Shown piece after piece: positions 18,368-28,550 of a stretch of 64,000 nucleotides of DNA. The notes under the pieces were generated by a model. That model did no database searches and was not told the origin of the DNA. It worked only from the letters and a program-made list of their open reading frames with translations. Position numbers and translations under genes: made by a program. Where the stretch lies: IMG/VR virus record IMGVR_UViG_3300014208_000031, positions 32,001 to 96,000 of that record. One strand, written 5' to 3'. Source of the DNA: a virus. How positions within the stretch are numbered: the stretch's first letter is position 1; each line of letters starts with the position of its first letter.

Positions 18368-18709
18368 ATGAGTGTTCATTATGACTTGTCGGGAATTTCT
18401 CAGGGTTCAACCTACTCTTTAACTTTTAGGGCAGTCGATTCCGCCGGGGTTCCAGTTTCTTTATCTGGTTACTCAATCAGATCAACCATTAGAGAAAAAT
18501 ATTCTTCTACCACGGGAATAGCATCTTTTAATAGTTCTATAACTACCCCCAACTCTGGAATTTGTAATATAGCTTTAACGGCGTCCGGCGCGGCGGCTAT
18601 CGCGGCGGGAATATATTTATACTCTGTAGAAGTAGAAAATTATAGTACATTAGATGTAATTAAATTGTTAGATGGACATGCTTATGTCAATCCAGAAATT
18701 TTATATTAA
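18368..18709 (+). CDS. Ig-like (BppU N-terminal-like) structural protein
   Basis: QGSTY.LTF..D..G.PV.LSGY..R..IR..G.Y.Y.VE pattern. Confidence 0.6.
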   Translation: MSVHYDLSGISQGSTYSLTFRAVDSAGVPVSLSGYSIRSTIREKYSSTTGIASFNSSITTPNSGICNIALTASGAAAIAAGIYLYSVEVENYSTLDVIKLLDGHAYVNPEILY

Positions 18710-18718
18710 TTAATTTAA

Positions 18719-19666
18719 ATGCCTGAACCCGTAGATATAATAGTCATTGATTCGTCAATCCCTTCTGTTGTTGTACAGAATGATAGTATAAACATTGACA
18801 TTAATAACTCAATAGCTTTAAGTAATTATGTAGCAAAGGTGGAGTCGGGTCAATATTATAGTATTTATAATGTTAATAATTATTGTAATTCGGGAAATCT
18901 AAGTGGAGCCAGCGGGGTTTTACAAAATCAACTTAATAGTATATCAGGAATTGCTTTTGTACAGCTCACAGGGATAACTATTTCGGGGTCAAATGCGCTA
19001 GTTGATCTTGTAAAAATAACTGGAATCAATAATAATATTTCTATTAGCGGCAACACTATTGTTATTAGTGGTAATGATTTAAGTAATTATGCTGAATTAT
19101 CTTCTAGTAATATATTTAGTGGTTCTAATAGTTTTTATAGTTCTATTCAAATAACAAATAATGGGGCGGTGGGCGGGACACTAATTCTGCATGTTCCAGC
19201 GGGCTCACCGGCGGTTCCAAACCATAGTAAAATCCGAGCGGGTTATACGACGCAGCCAAGAACATTAACTACCCCGGACAAAGACGGATTGATCGCTGTT
19301 ATTTCTGATTTAAGTGGATATTACTTATCCGGTAATGGAGAATTATTAAGTGGAAATTTATTTCAGACGGGCGCAAATCTTTTTATAAATGATACTATTT
19401 TATCTGGTAAATTAATAAGTTTAAGTGGGGATATAACTAGAAAATACTCTACATATATTGGAAATGGAATTTCAACCGGCATAGTAGTTTCTCACGGACT
19501 AAACACTGATGATATAATTTGGAGTTGTAGAGCCACTGGACTAAGTGGAAATTATGATTTTGTTTATCCAACAGTTTTTAACAGCGGAGTAGGAAATTTA
19601 GTTTTTGGATTTGCATCGGGATTTACTCCACAAACCAATGAATATAAAGTTGTTGTAATAGGTTAA
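18719..19666 (+). CDS. Fibre-like structural protein
   Basis: SG-rich; N.F.G.N.F, RTLT.PDKDG and HGLNT.D...Y.VVVIG fibre motifs. Confidence 0.6.
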   Translation: MPEPVDIIVIDSSIPSVVVQNDSINIDINNSIALSNYVAKVESGQYYSIYNVNNYCNSGNLSGASGVLQNQLNSISGIAFVQLTGITISGSNALVDLVKITGINNNISISGNTIVISGNDLSNYAELSSSNIFSGSNSFYSSIQITNNGAVGGTLILHVPAGSPAVPNHSKIRAGYTTQPRTLTTPDKDGLIAVISDLSGYYLSGNGELLSGNLFQTGANLFINDTILSGKLISLSGDITRKYSTYIGNGISTGIVVSHGLNTDDIIWSCRATGLSGNYDFVYPTVFNSGVGNLVFGFASGFTPQTNEYKVVVIG

Positions 19667-19674
19667 TTAAAAAT

Positions 19675-20116
19675 ATGAGAATTTTAGATCAATTAATTGT
19701 AGGTAGATCGGGTTCAACAGCTAAACTTTTTGTTGAAATAGATGCTACAGGAACGCCCGGAGTAGTAATACGCGCGGCTGCTGGTCAAGTTGCTAATTTG
19801 TTAGATATACAAAATAGTAGTGGAGCCAGCCTACTTACTATAGATAAAGATGGTAAAATAACTAATGGTGTTATTACGGGCGGTTCTATAGATAATGTTA
19901 TTATCGGCGGGACGACTCCGGCGGCGGGGACGTTTACTACGCTATCATCGACAGGCTTTTCGTGGACTCCCGCCTCGCGGGAGTTGCGACTGGCACTCGC
20001 GTATCGTGACCGACGCGCTAACGCCAACGCTCGGCTCAACCGTAGCGAGCGGAGGAAGCGCCGATGTCGTCGTCCGCAGCAACGGAACCAACTGGATCGT
20101 CACCGAAATTCTATAG
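19675..20116 (+). pseudogene. Fibre-like gene with a frameshifted GC-rich 3' end (decay or sequence error)
   Basis: The fibre-type C-terminus IVTDALTPTLGSTVASGG..VRSNGTNWIV is out of frame with the N-terminus (IGGTTPAAGTFTTL). Confidence 0.55.
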
Positions 20117-20160
20117 AAACAGTTTAGCTTTAAATAAAAAGTATATATAAAATAAAAATT

Positions 20161-20412
20161 ATGAATAAATCACTATTAGAGAAAGAAGTTAAAGAATATA
20201 ATGAAATTATTGAACAAATTCAAAAACTACAAACCGAATTAAACAATTTGGAGCAAAAACGACTTATTAAGTTTGGGCGGATTCAATTAATCGAAGAAAA
20301 TTTATCTGAAAATAAAGACAAAAAATTTCAAGATGAAGTGATTAAGGAAATCAAAATTGATGAGGTTATTAAGGATAGTAAAAAATCTAAAGTATTAAAA
20401 GAAAAAACATAA
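20161..20412 (+). CDS. Coiled-coil protein, possible fibre chaperone
   Basis: Heptad pattern with L.G.IQL; follows fibre genes. Confidence 0.5.
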   Translation: MNKSLLEKEVKEYNEIIEQIQKLQTELNNLEQKRLIKFGRIQLIEENLSENKDKKFQDEVIKEIKIDEVIKDSKKSKVLKEKT

Positions 20413-20414
20413 TT

Positions 20415-20879
20415 ATGCATTTAATTGATTTATCTGAAAATTTATGGTTTGAATTGGGCGAGCCGACTGATACAAGTGTTGTTAAAATATTAAAATATTT
20501 AATTTTTCATATTGGAGATTTAAATGACTTAATAGCGGAGAATTATGTAATCTCGGGAAACGACAGCTCTCCAGAATTATCTGACGATACAGCAGCTATT
20601 TATGCTGCTCTTTATATGGATTATTATTATCAGAAACAATCTAGAGATAATCTCGGCGCAGCGGGAATTCAGGTCTTAGAAGTTCGCGAGGCCGATTCTG
20701 TAGTTAGAGTTGCTTCTAGAACTGAAGTTAGTAAAACATTTTTACAGTTAAAAAATCAAAACAAAGATTATTTGAATAAACTAGTAGATTCTTATCGGCG
20801 ATGGAAATGCGTCCCAGCGAGTTTGCATTCAAATTTTTATAATTGCGTGACATATCAAAAAACTTTACAACAGCCGTAA
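20415..20879 (+). CDS. Putative head-tail adaptor
   Basis: Size, helical N-terminus with a beta hairpin (LEVREADSVV), and position. Confidence 0.45.
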   Translation: MHLIDLSENLWFELGEPTDTSVVKILKYLIFHIGDLNDLIAENYVISGNDSSPELSDDTAAIYAALYMDYYYQKQSRDNLGAAGIQVLEVREADSVVRVASRTEVSKTFLQLKNQNKDYLNKLVDSYRRWKCVPASLHSNFYNCVTYQKTLQQP

Positions 20880-20882
20880 AAT

Positions 20883-21812
20883 ATGAATGGCATTGAAGAT
20901 TATGAAGAATTAAAAAATTTAGGCGGAGTATATTTTATATGGTGTATTCCGAATAAAAAATATTATATTGGTAGAACTAATAGTTTTATAACTAGAAATA
21001 ATAAGCATTCCAATGATTTAAAGAATCGTCTTCATAAAAATAAATTTCTTCAAGCAGATTGGAATATTTATGGAGAAGATAATTTTGTGTTTGGGGTTGC
21101 GAATGAAATTTATTATTATACTAGACAAAAAGCTGTTGAAATGGAGCAGTTTTGGTTAGATTACTATAAACCTTGGGATAGAAATATCGGTTATAATATA
21201 TCTAAAAAAGCGAATGGTTGGGATGGGAGTTTATTATCCAGAGAAGATAGAGAGAAAATAGGAATAAACATTCGTGGTAGATCATTTGAAATAGTATCGC
21301 CTAAAGGCGAATTGATAAAAAGTAAGGGTCTGAGAACTTTTTGTAGAAATAATAAAATTTCTGTAGAACCGATGAGGCTGGTTCTTGATGGGAAATTAAA
21401 ACATTATAACGGTTGGCATTTAGAGAGTACAGAAATCAATTTAACTAAATTTGAAAATTATAAATTTATTTCTCCCTCGGGGGAACTAGTTGAAATAGAA
21501 AGACTAAAACTAAAAGATTTTTGTAGAAAAAACAAAATCGGATACAGAGGAATACTTTCTATGTGGCAAAAAGTTTCTCCATATTGCGCGGGTTGGTCTA
21601 GATTTGATAATCCGCAGCATAGAATATTGTTATCTCCAAGTAATGAGATTTTTTATTTGGGCATGGGATATACCAGACAATTCGCCGAAAAACATAACTT
21701 ACATTATAGTGGTTTAAGATCAATTATTAATGGAAACTGTATAACACATCGCGGCTGGAAATATTTAGGTATGCTAAAATTGGAGAATGTTAATAATCTA
21801 TGCCCAGTTTAA
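20883..21812 (+). CDS. GIY-YIG homing endonuclease
   Basis: GGVYFI...YYIGRT, H.N..LQ.DWN.YG, EQ.W, GYN; C-terminal SP.GE...FC repeats. Confidence 0.88.
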   Translation: MNGIEDYEELKNLGGVYFIWCIPNKKYYIGRTNSFITRNNKHSNDLKNRLHKNKFLQADWNIYGEDNFVFGVANEIYYYTRQKAVEMEQFWLDYYKPWDRNIGYNISKKANGWDGSLLSREDREKIGINIRGRSFEIVSPKGELIKSKGLRTFCRNNKISVEPMRLVLDGKLKHYNGWHLESTEINLTKFENYKFISPSGELVEIERLKLKDFCRKNKIGYRGILSMWQKVSPYCAGWSRFDNPQHRILLSPSNEIFYLGMGYTRQFAEKHNLHYSGLRSIINGNCITHRGWKYLGMLKLENVNNLCPV

Positions 21813-22267
21813 TCTCTGATGCTCAAAAAAACCAAGCTGCTGAAATGATGGATAATTTAGCGCAGACTTATCAAAAATTAATTACCGTCATAACCGAAGT
21901 AGCTAATGCAACTATAATTGACGACGGTTCGTATAATTCTATGTCGGACAGAAAAGATTCTAACATAACTTATTCGGCTAACGTTCAGGAAATATACGCA
22001 CGTATAAAATTTCTTGATAAACCAGAAGATTATGCTGAATTAATTTTCGCGGGCGGAGGCGGCGGACAAGTTGGCGGAACGGCAGTTCCTTTAAGTCTAA
22101 AATTTGGAGTTATTAGATTAAAAATAGATAAACAGTATGAATCTTTAGTAGCAGGATCAAGCAAGATTATAGTAAATGGAGAAGACTGTCAATTTATTAT
22201 GAATTATGTTCCACAAAGTTTATTTGACACCAACTATTCACTTTGTTATGTAAATAGACAAAAGTAA
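21800..22267 (+). CDS. Putative head-closure/stopper protein
   Basis: Position and beta-rich composition. Confidence 0.4.
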   Translation: MPSLISDAQKNQAAEMMDNLAQTYQKLITVITEVANATIIDDGSYNSMSDRKDSNITYSANVQEIYARIKFLDKPEDYAELIFAGGGGGQVGGTAVPLSLKFGVIRLKIDKQYESLVAGSSKIIVNGEDCQFIMNYVPQSLFDTNYSLCYVNRQK

Positions 22268-22279
22268 ATTTATCTGATT

Positions 22280-22900
22280 ATGGCCACAACAAATAAAATT
22301 ACTATCAACCAAAGAGAATTTCGCGAAATAATCGGGAATGCCGCGGCTAAAATTGCGCTTGTCCCCGCGAAAAAACTTGCGGCTCAAATAGTAGAATTTA
22401 AAAAGAAAGAGTTTTTGGATGAATTTGATAGTCATGATGTCTCAACCGAAATAAAAGCCGGGGCCGAACCTAATTTTGGAATAGGAGATGCTAATGGTAA
22501 CTTATTTAGCTTTTTAGGATTTAACGCGGGGTCTGACCCAGTAGGAGATTTAAGAAGTTATTTAAATAAGTCAATAAAATTAGGACCAAGTTACGCCTAT
22601 AACAAAGGAACTAGAACTTATACGTTTAAAATTCAATTTCCAACGATTGATGAGATTAAAGAGGTTACAAATTTAGGAAATTATACAGATGACGGCTGGG
22701 GAGAAAATAGAAGCTGGGCGATTAGTATCGAAAGAGGAATTCCTGGTTTGAATCGGTATAAATATAGTTTAAATGAGAAAGAGCTTGGGGGGAATTCTAG
22801 ATCAGGGACGGGTTTGCAAAGAAAGAATATTTTGAGAAACTCTCAATATAAGCCGCGCAAGTATATTTCTGAATTATTAAAGATTCTATATAGTGTTTAA
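22280..22900 (+). CDS. Putative neck/tail completion protein
   Basis: Position; SWAISIERG motif. Confidence 0.4.
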   Translation: MATTNKITINQREFREIIGNAAAKIALVPAKKLAAQIVEFKKKEFLDEFDSHDVSTEIKAGAEPNFGIGDANGNLFSFLGFNAGSDPVGDLRSYLNKSIKLGPSYAYNKGTRTYTFKIQFPTIDEIKEVTNLGNYTDDGWGENRSWAISIERGIPGLNRYKYSLNEKELGGNSRSGTGLQRKNILRNSQYKPRKYISELLKILYSV

Positions 22901-22915
22901 GTGTAAATTATTGTT

Positions 22916-23773
22916 ATGATAAGTAGTTCTAATAATGATTTATATTACTCAGCTTGTCTTTATTTGCAGCATCAAATAGAACAACGCGGCGCGGCCTTCC
23001 GTAATCATAGCGGATATTACTATAAAGTAGAAGATAGAGAATTACCGAATTTAAATGTTTATGCTTTACCCTTTAAGAGTTTGATATATGATCATAGTAT
23101 TTCTGGAGCTACTATTCCCACTGGAGTTTGGGTAAATTCAAATTATGTAGTTAAAAATCAATCAGGTCTAATAGCTATTGATTATATTAATAGTCGAGCA
23201 ATATTTTCGGGCGGCTCAACTTATAGCAATTTAAGTGTTTCGGGCCGCTATGCTATCAAGGATTTCAATATTTGGCCATCGACAAAATCTGATGAAGAGT
23301 TAATTTTTGAAACTAAATACCAATTAAATCCTAGTTATAATAGAGGGTTGAGTGGAATTGATAAAAATGCATTAGTAGTCCCCGGAATATTTATAACTAA
23401 TTTAAATACCGAAAATGAAATATTGGCTTTTGGGGGATTACTTGAAAACACTACAAATATCCACTGTGTTATTTTGGCGGACAGTAAGGATCAACTCGAT
23501 GCGGTTGGCGGACTTCTGGCGGACGAAAAATATAGTTCTTTCCCGGTATTTAGCAAAACCCCATTAAATTATTACGGGGATTATAAAAGTGGTAATTATA
23601 ACTATATTGACTATATTGGTCCGACTAGTGGGCAAAACTTAGCTTTTATAGATGATGCAAGTTTTTATAGATTAAGCAGTAAAGATTTTAGTGATAAATA
23701 TCCAGACCTCAAGGCTGGCTTCTGTGAGTTTCACTGTAAGATGGTTAAGACAGTTAACCGATCAATATATTAA
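22916..23773 (+). CDS. Putative tail terminator
   Basis: Immediately upstream of the tail tube; P.IFI...FGG motif; late motif at 22900. Confidence 0.45.
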   Translation: MISSSNNDLYYSACLYLQHQIEQRGAAFRNHSGYYYKVEDRELPNLNVYALPFKSLIYDHSISGATIPTGVWVNSNYVVKNQSGLIAIDYINSRAIFSGGSTYSNLSVSGRYAIKDFNIWPSTKSDEELIFETKYQLNPSYNRGLSGIDKNALVVPGIFITNLNTENEILAFGGLLENTTNIHCVILADSKDQLDAVGGLLADEKYSSFPVFSKTPLNYYGDYKSGNYNYIDYIGPTSGQNLAFIDDASFYRLSSKDFSDKYPDLKAGFCEFHCKMVKTVNRSIY

Positions 23774-23789
23774 AGAAAACGAAGAAAAA

Positions 23790-23817
23790 TTTCACTATTA
23801 AGAAAAAAAAGTGTAAA
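23790..23817 (+). promoter_or_regulatory. Bipartite late promoter for the tail tube gene
   Basis: TTTCAC-N14-AGTGTAAA. Confidence 0.7.
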
Positions 23818-23900
23818 TAGTTATACAGATTTAAGAAATTTATAAAAATAAACAATTTTTCAGAGTAAAAGAATTATAAAACACAGAAGGAAAAACTAAC

Positions 23901-25010
23901 ATGCCCAGAAATAGAACTATTAGTCAAAGTGAAGCGTTATTCGTAGGACCAATTACGGGGGTAGCTACTGGTTATCATTTAAATATTGGCGGAACAGGTG
24001 GCGTAAATTTAGTTCGGCAGCTTCACAGAGTTCAGACAATTGGCTATTCTGCCAGTGTGACTAGAACTCCCGTTAACCAATATGGTCAACTAGATGCGTT
24101 AGAACGTATTATTCTAGAAGCTCCTACGGTATCACTTAATTTTGATTATCTAGTAGCTAACACTTATAATGCTAATACTTTAGGATTTACAACTGACGGT
24201 AGTGCGTCGGTCGTTTCGGGTATTCTTACTAAAGCATCTGACGAACGTAACTATTTCGTGGTTACGAGCCGGGAGGGTTCAGACATTATAAATAATACGA
24301 CCGATGCAGATTCTACTAAATTCACTACAGCAGTCGGAAACGGATTTATTTCCAACTTCAGTGCTGAGGGCTCCGTTGGTAATTTTCCAGTGGAACGTGT
24401 TACTGTAGCTGGTCTTAATTTAGTTACATATATCGGTTCTACTGGTCTTGCTAACCCAGCCATTGTTCCCTCTGGTGGGCAGCGAGTTTCTACTTTAGGG
24501 GTAAATAACTTTACTATTCCTAGTGCGGTAAGTGGAGTTGATGGTGCTGTATCAGCAATCCGTCCCGGTGATATTACTTTAAATATTCCCGCTGCCGTAT
24601 TCGGTCCAGCCGTAAGTGACTTAAAAATTCAAAGTTATAATATTAGCGTTCCTCTATCTCGCCAGCCACTTACTAAACTTGGATCACCATTTGCGTTCTC
24701 ACAAGAAATTCAATTTCCAATTGATGTAACTCTGGCAGTCGAAGCTGATCTAGGTGATATGATAACGGGCGATCTTTCGTTGTTATACTGCACCGATTTG
24801 GCCCAACAAATTGACATAGATTTACGTCGTCCTCAGTGTGGCGGTGGCGGACCTATCGCGGTTCGTTATCGTTTAGTGGGCTGCAAACTTGATACTTACA
24901 ACACAACTAGTTCAATAGGAGCTAATAAACGTGTGAGCCTCAACTACGTTACAACTCTTGGTGGCCCACAAGCAACGAATGGGCTCTTCGTGAGCGGCTC
25001 AATCCAGTAG
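23901..25010 (+). CDS. Major tail (tube) protein
   Basis: Two tube-like halves (RVQ..YS...RTPVNQYG; IQSYNI...RQPLTKLG); own promoter and terminator. Confidence 0.75.
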   Translation: MPRNRTISQSEALFVGPITGVATGYHLNIGGTGGVNLVRQLHRVQTIGYSASVTRTPVNQYGQLDALERIILEAPTVSLNFDYLVANTYNANTLGFTTDGSASVVSGILTKASDERNYFVVTSREGSDIINNTTDADSTKFTTAVGNGFISNFSAEGSVGNFPVERVTVAGLNLVTYIGSTGLANPAIVPSGGQRVSTLGVNNFTIPSAVSGVDGAVSAIRPGDITLNIPAAVFGPAVSDLKIQSYNISVPLSRQPLTKLGSPFAFSQEIQFPIDVTLAVEADLGDMITGDLSLLYCTDLAQQIDIDLRRPQCGGGGPIAVRYRLVGCKLDTYNTTSSIGANKRVSLNYVTTLGGPQATNGLFVSGSIQ

Positions 25011-25030
25011 ATATAGTTAATTTTTAATTT

Positions 25031-25061
25031 ACTGAAAGAAATAAAAGTCTTTCAGTTTTTT
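25031..25061 (+). terminator. Rho-independent terminator after tail tube
   Basis: ACTGAAAGA-N8-TCTTTCAGT followed by a T run. Confidence 0.7.
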
Positions 25062-25085
25062 AAAGGATATAATGTATTATTACAT

Positions 25086-26294
25086 ATGAATATACTACCA
25101 GAGTCAGAAGTTAAAATAAAACAATTTTATATTGCCGATAAATTATCTATTAGAAGAATATCTCAACTATTAAAAATTGACGAGAGACGTATTTCCAAAA
25201 TTCTAAAACGATTAAAAATCCCTATTAGGACTACTCAATATACTAGTAGGAAATATAATTTAAACGAAAATTATTTTGAGAAAATTGATACTCCCGAAAA
25301 ATCACAAGTATTAGGAATGATATATGCTGACGGATGCTTATCTAAAAGAACAGAAAGGTCTAAGGCTTTATCTATTATTCTTAGAGAGCCCGACAATGAT
25401 TATTTGGAGTTTATAAAAAATCAAATGGAATATACGGGACCAGTCAATAGAATAAATCCAAAAGGTAAGAATGCCTTTTACTATATTTTAGCTGTTACTT
25501 CAATAAAAATATTTGATGATTTAAGTTTAATAGGATTAACAGAAAGAAAATCTTTAACTATAGGCTTTCCAGACGAAAGCAAAGTTTCTCAGAACTTGTG
25601 GAAATATTTTATAAGAGGATATTTAGAAGGTGATGGAAGTATCTTCAATATTCGCAAAGACAAGAAAAATAAGAATGGAAAAAGTAGATTTCTAAGTGGA
25701 TATGTATCATTTTGTGGGACAATGGAATTTTTACTTAAACTACAAAGTATATTAGAATTAAAATTACAAATAAAATCTTCCATTTCTCGAAAGAAAAAAT
25801 TAGAACAACGAAATATAAATTCTCATTCATTAAGAATTTCTGGAAATTTACAAGTTATGAAATTTTTAGATTGGATTTATGAAGACTTTAAGTTTGTTAT
25901 GCCGCGAAAACATCAAAAATATTTAGATTTAAAGAGCGATATAGAATATCGAGAATCAATTAAAGATCAACTATTAGAAGAAAAAAGAGAGCTTTGTCGA
26001 ATTTTATCTACCGGACGAAAACATACAGAAGAAACTAAGAAAAAATGTAGAGATAAAAATATAGCACATGCAAGTTTACATAAAAATAAAGAAAGATGGG
26101 CTATTAGCCCTGATGGTATCATTTATCATATTAAAGGGATTAATCCATTTTGCAAGGAGTTTAACTTAACTGGTCCTTATTTTGGTAAAATTACTCACTT
26201 AGATTATCCACCCGGTCATAAATGTCAAGGTTGGATAAGATATGATTTTGACCCAAACAATCCGCCAGCCGAATATATAAAAAAGTTTTACTAA
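25086..26294 (+). CDS. LAGLIDADG homing endonuclease with HTH and NUMOD3-like segments
   Basis: LGMIYADG, IRGYLEGDG, GRKHTEETKKK. Confidence 0.85.
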   Translation: MNILPESEVKIKQFYIADKLSIRRISQLLKIDERRISKILKRLKIPIRTTQYTSRKYNLNENYFEKIDTPEKSQVLGMIYADGCLSKRTERSKALSIILREPDNDYLEFIKNQMEYTGPVNRINPKGKNAFYYILAVTSIKIFDDLSLIGLTERKSLTIGFPDESKVSQNLWKYFIRGYLEGDGSIFNIRKDKKNKNGKSRFLSGYVSFCGTMEFLLKLQSILELKLQIKSSISRKKKLEQRNINSHSLRISGNLQVMKFLDWIYEDFKFVMPRKHQKYLDLKSDIEYRESIKDQLLEEKRELCRILSTGRKHTEETKKKCRDKNIAHASLHKNKERWAISPDGIIYHIKGINPFCKEFNLTGPYFGKITHLDYPPGHKCQGWIRYDFDPNNPPAEYIKKFY

Positions 26295-26300
26295 TTTAAA

Positions 26301-26328
26301 TTTCATATTCCCTTAAAAATAGTGTAAA
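26301..26328 (+). promoter_or_regulatory. Bipartite late promoter
   Basis: TTTCAT-N14-AGTGTAAA. Confidence 0.7.
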
Positions 26329-26378
26329 GATAGATAGCCCTAAAAAGCAAGGAATAAGAAGTTTTTTACATTAAAAAT

Positions 26379-26657
26379 ATGCACAACCAGGATCAAGACG
26401 AAGTTATTAGATTTCAACTACAGCGAATTTTTGCGGTATTAGGCCGCGGATTACTTGTTATGGTAGAGGATTTAAAAAGTGTTCACGATAATAACTTTAA
26501 TAAGCTCCAAGACAATTTGCCGCCCGAATGCGGGCCAGTTGTTGACATGAGTAATTATTTTGATAATAGTAGATATAATTGGTGTAGAAAAAGGATTTTG
26601 GACCAAGTAAATAGCTCAAAGAGAGACTTGGAAGAAATTTTAAAAAATACTAAATAA
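26379..26657 (+). CDS. Hypothetical late protein
   Basis: Late promoter plus AGGAATAAGAA leader. Confidence 0.6.
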   Translation: MHNQDQDEVIRFQLQRIFAVLGRGLLVMVEDLKSVHDNNFNKLQDNLPPECGPVVDMSNYFDNSRYNWCRKRILDQVNSSKRDLEEILKNTK

Positions 26658-26658
26658 T

Positions 26659-27537
26659 ATGTCTAGATTGATATTTTTTGAAGAAAATGATAAGGATTTT
26701 ATGGTTTCTGAATATTCTAAGGGTATAACTTTATTACAAATTGGTAAAAAATTTGGAGTTAATCCACATACTATTAGGCGAGTATTATTAGAAAAGAACA
26801 TAAAAATAAAAACCCGCTCAGATGCTAGAAGAGAATTCTTCTTTGATCAAGATTATTTCAAAATCATAGATACTCCCGAAAAGGCACAGATTTTAGGATT
26901 TATTTATGCGGATGGGAATGTTTGTGGTGGACAGTTGAATATTGTATTAGCATCAAGAGACAAAGATTATCTCTATCAGATTAGCCGAGCTTTAAATTAT
27001 GAAGGAAAAATTACCGATAAAACACTATTGCCGGGCGACGGTCTAGGTAAAAATATTTGTTTTAGTTCTAGGTTGAGTGTTAGGTCAATTAAAATGATTG
27101 GAGACTTAAATAAAAAGGGTGTTTTCCCAGCAAAATCTTTGACTTTAAAATTCCCTACACCAGATCAGGTTCCTAACTATCTGCTTTCTCACTTTATCAG
27201 AGGTTATTTTGATGGGGACGGAAGTATTTGTATCGTTAAAAAGGATGCTACAATGACTTTTTGTGGAACTATGGAATTTCTTAAATCAATACAGTTAATT
27301 ATTAAAAATGAATTAAATGTTAACTCTTATATACGAAACCAAAGTGTTTATAAAAATACGTCTTCAAATATAAATTCTTTTATTCTAACGGTAGGAGGGA
27401 ATAAACAGGTAAAAAAATTATATTACTGGTTATATGAGAATTTTTCTTTCTCGTTAAAAAGGAAATTAGATAAATTTTTAGAATTAGAAAAATTATATCA
27501 CGATAATATTATTAAATCAAAACTAAAGAGTTATTAG
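26659..27537 (+). CDS. LAGLIDADG homing endonuclease
   Basis: LGFIYADG, IRGYFDGDG; related to 25086-26294. Confidence 0.85.
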   Translation: MSRLIFFEENDKDFMVSEYSKGITLLQIGKKFGVNPHTIRRVLLEKNIKIKTRSDARREFFFDQDYFKIIDTPEKAQILGFIYADGNVCGGQLNIVLASRDKDYLYQISRALNYEGKITDKTLLPGDGLGKNICFSSRLSVRSIKMIGDLNKKGVFPAKSLTLKFPTPDQVPNYLLSHFIRGYFDGDGSICIVKKDATMTFCGTMEFLKSIQLIIKNELNVNSYIRNQSVYKNTSSNINSFILTVGGNKQVKKLYYWLYENFSFSLKRKLDKFLELEKLYHDNIIKSKLKSY

Positions 27538-27549
27538 AACAATGAAACT

Positions 27550-27909
27550 GTGAATAGATTTACTTTTATAAAATCACTATTTTTAACTTTAGCCGCGGCG
27601 GCTATTCCGTTTAAATCAAACAAACCAAAATTTGGACACTATGATGTTTCTAAACCTCCATATCCAAATATGAGAATGGGCGATTGGATTTGCGTGAGCG
27701 AAAATAGCTCTGACATGATGCAAAATAAATGTATTATGGAGGCCGATGATATTGAAGGTTGGATTAGATATTGGCCCACGGACGATAAAGGACATTTAAC
27801 TGATTACGTCGAACATATTCGTAAATCCGGCGGAAACATGTATGAGAATAACCTTAATTTTAGAATCGTTTATAAAGGAAAAGATAAAAGATTTTTACAA
27901 TATTCTTAA
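27550..27909 (+). CDS. Hypothetical protein with N-terminal hydrophobic leader
   Basis: GTG-start ORF filling the gap. Confidence 0.5.
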   Translation: MNRFTFIKSLFLTLAAAAIPFKSNKPKFGHYDVSKPPYPNMRMGDWICVSENSSDMMQNKCIMEADDIEGWIRYWPTDDKGHLTDYVEHIRKSGGNMYENNLNFRIVYKGKDKRFLQYS

Positions 27910-27948
27910 CAATTTCAAAACAAAAGTATATTATATCTTATAAACCAT

Positions 27949-28236
27949 ATGTATCAAAATAAATATATGAAACAAAAACCTTTACCTAAAACCGAAAAAC
28001 AAATACGTTTAATTATTGAAGATAGATTATCTTTACAGTCAACCAGCCGATCTTTAGAACTTTACAGGCTTCCTTCAATTTCATTAAACTATTTTGAGTC
28101 CGCCGATTTCGCGCGGATTTATGAAACTTGGGATGAATTTCGGAAACGCAGCTTCCTAAAAACCGTGGCCGGTGAATATCAGTATTTTCTTAAAGGATTT
28201 ATTGAGAGAAATTTAAGTCAAGAACTAGCAAGTTAA
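27949..28236 (+). CDS. Hypothetical protein
   Basis: ORF coupled to the next gene by TAATG. Confidence 0.5.
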   Translation: MYQNKYMKQKPLPKTEKQIRLIIEDRLSLQSTSRSLELYRLPSISLNYFESADFARIYETWDEFRKRSFLKTVAGEYQYFLKGFIERNLSQELAS

Positions 28237-28451
28237 TGAATCCGCGCGATTTTACATTTTGGTTGCATGGATATTTTGAACTTAGTAACTCAAATAATTT
28301 ATCCGCCGGACAAGTTCAGGAAATTAGAAATCATTTGGATTTAGTATTTAATAGAAATATTCTATCTTTCAAGTTATCTCAATACCCCGATCCTCTTAGA
28401 CAAACTAATATAGAGCGTGCATCCGCCGGATTACCACCCTTGTATTGTTAA
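28236..28451 (+). CDS. Small phage protein, WLxG(Y/F) family
   Basis: M.P.DF.FWL.GYFE...Q...I..HLDLVF; paralog of 28551. Confidence 0.6.
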   Translation: MNPRDFTFWLHGYFELSNSNNLSAGQVQEIRNHLDLVFNRNILSFKLSQYPDPLRQTNIERASAGLPPLYC

Positions 28452-28550
28452 TTATGACTCCTAATAACTATCAAAAACATTTAACGCGCGGCTCAATTTT
28501 AACATTTCAAGAAATAATGACAGGGCAAACCTCTAAACCTAAATAAAATA

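Noticed and set aside
17059-27537. LAGLIDADG ORFs as inteins or group I intron ORFs
   Set aside because: No splicing termini, flanking genes look complete, and intergenic gaps are too short for a ribozyme core.
27550-27612. Tat signal peptide (MNRFTFIKSL)
   Set aside because: Lacks the second arginine and has only a short hydrophobic stretch.
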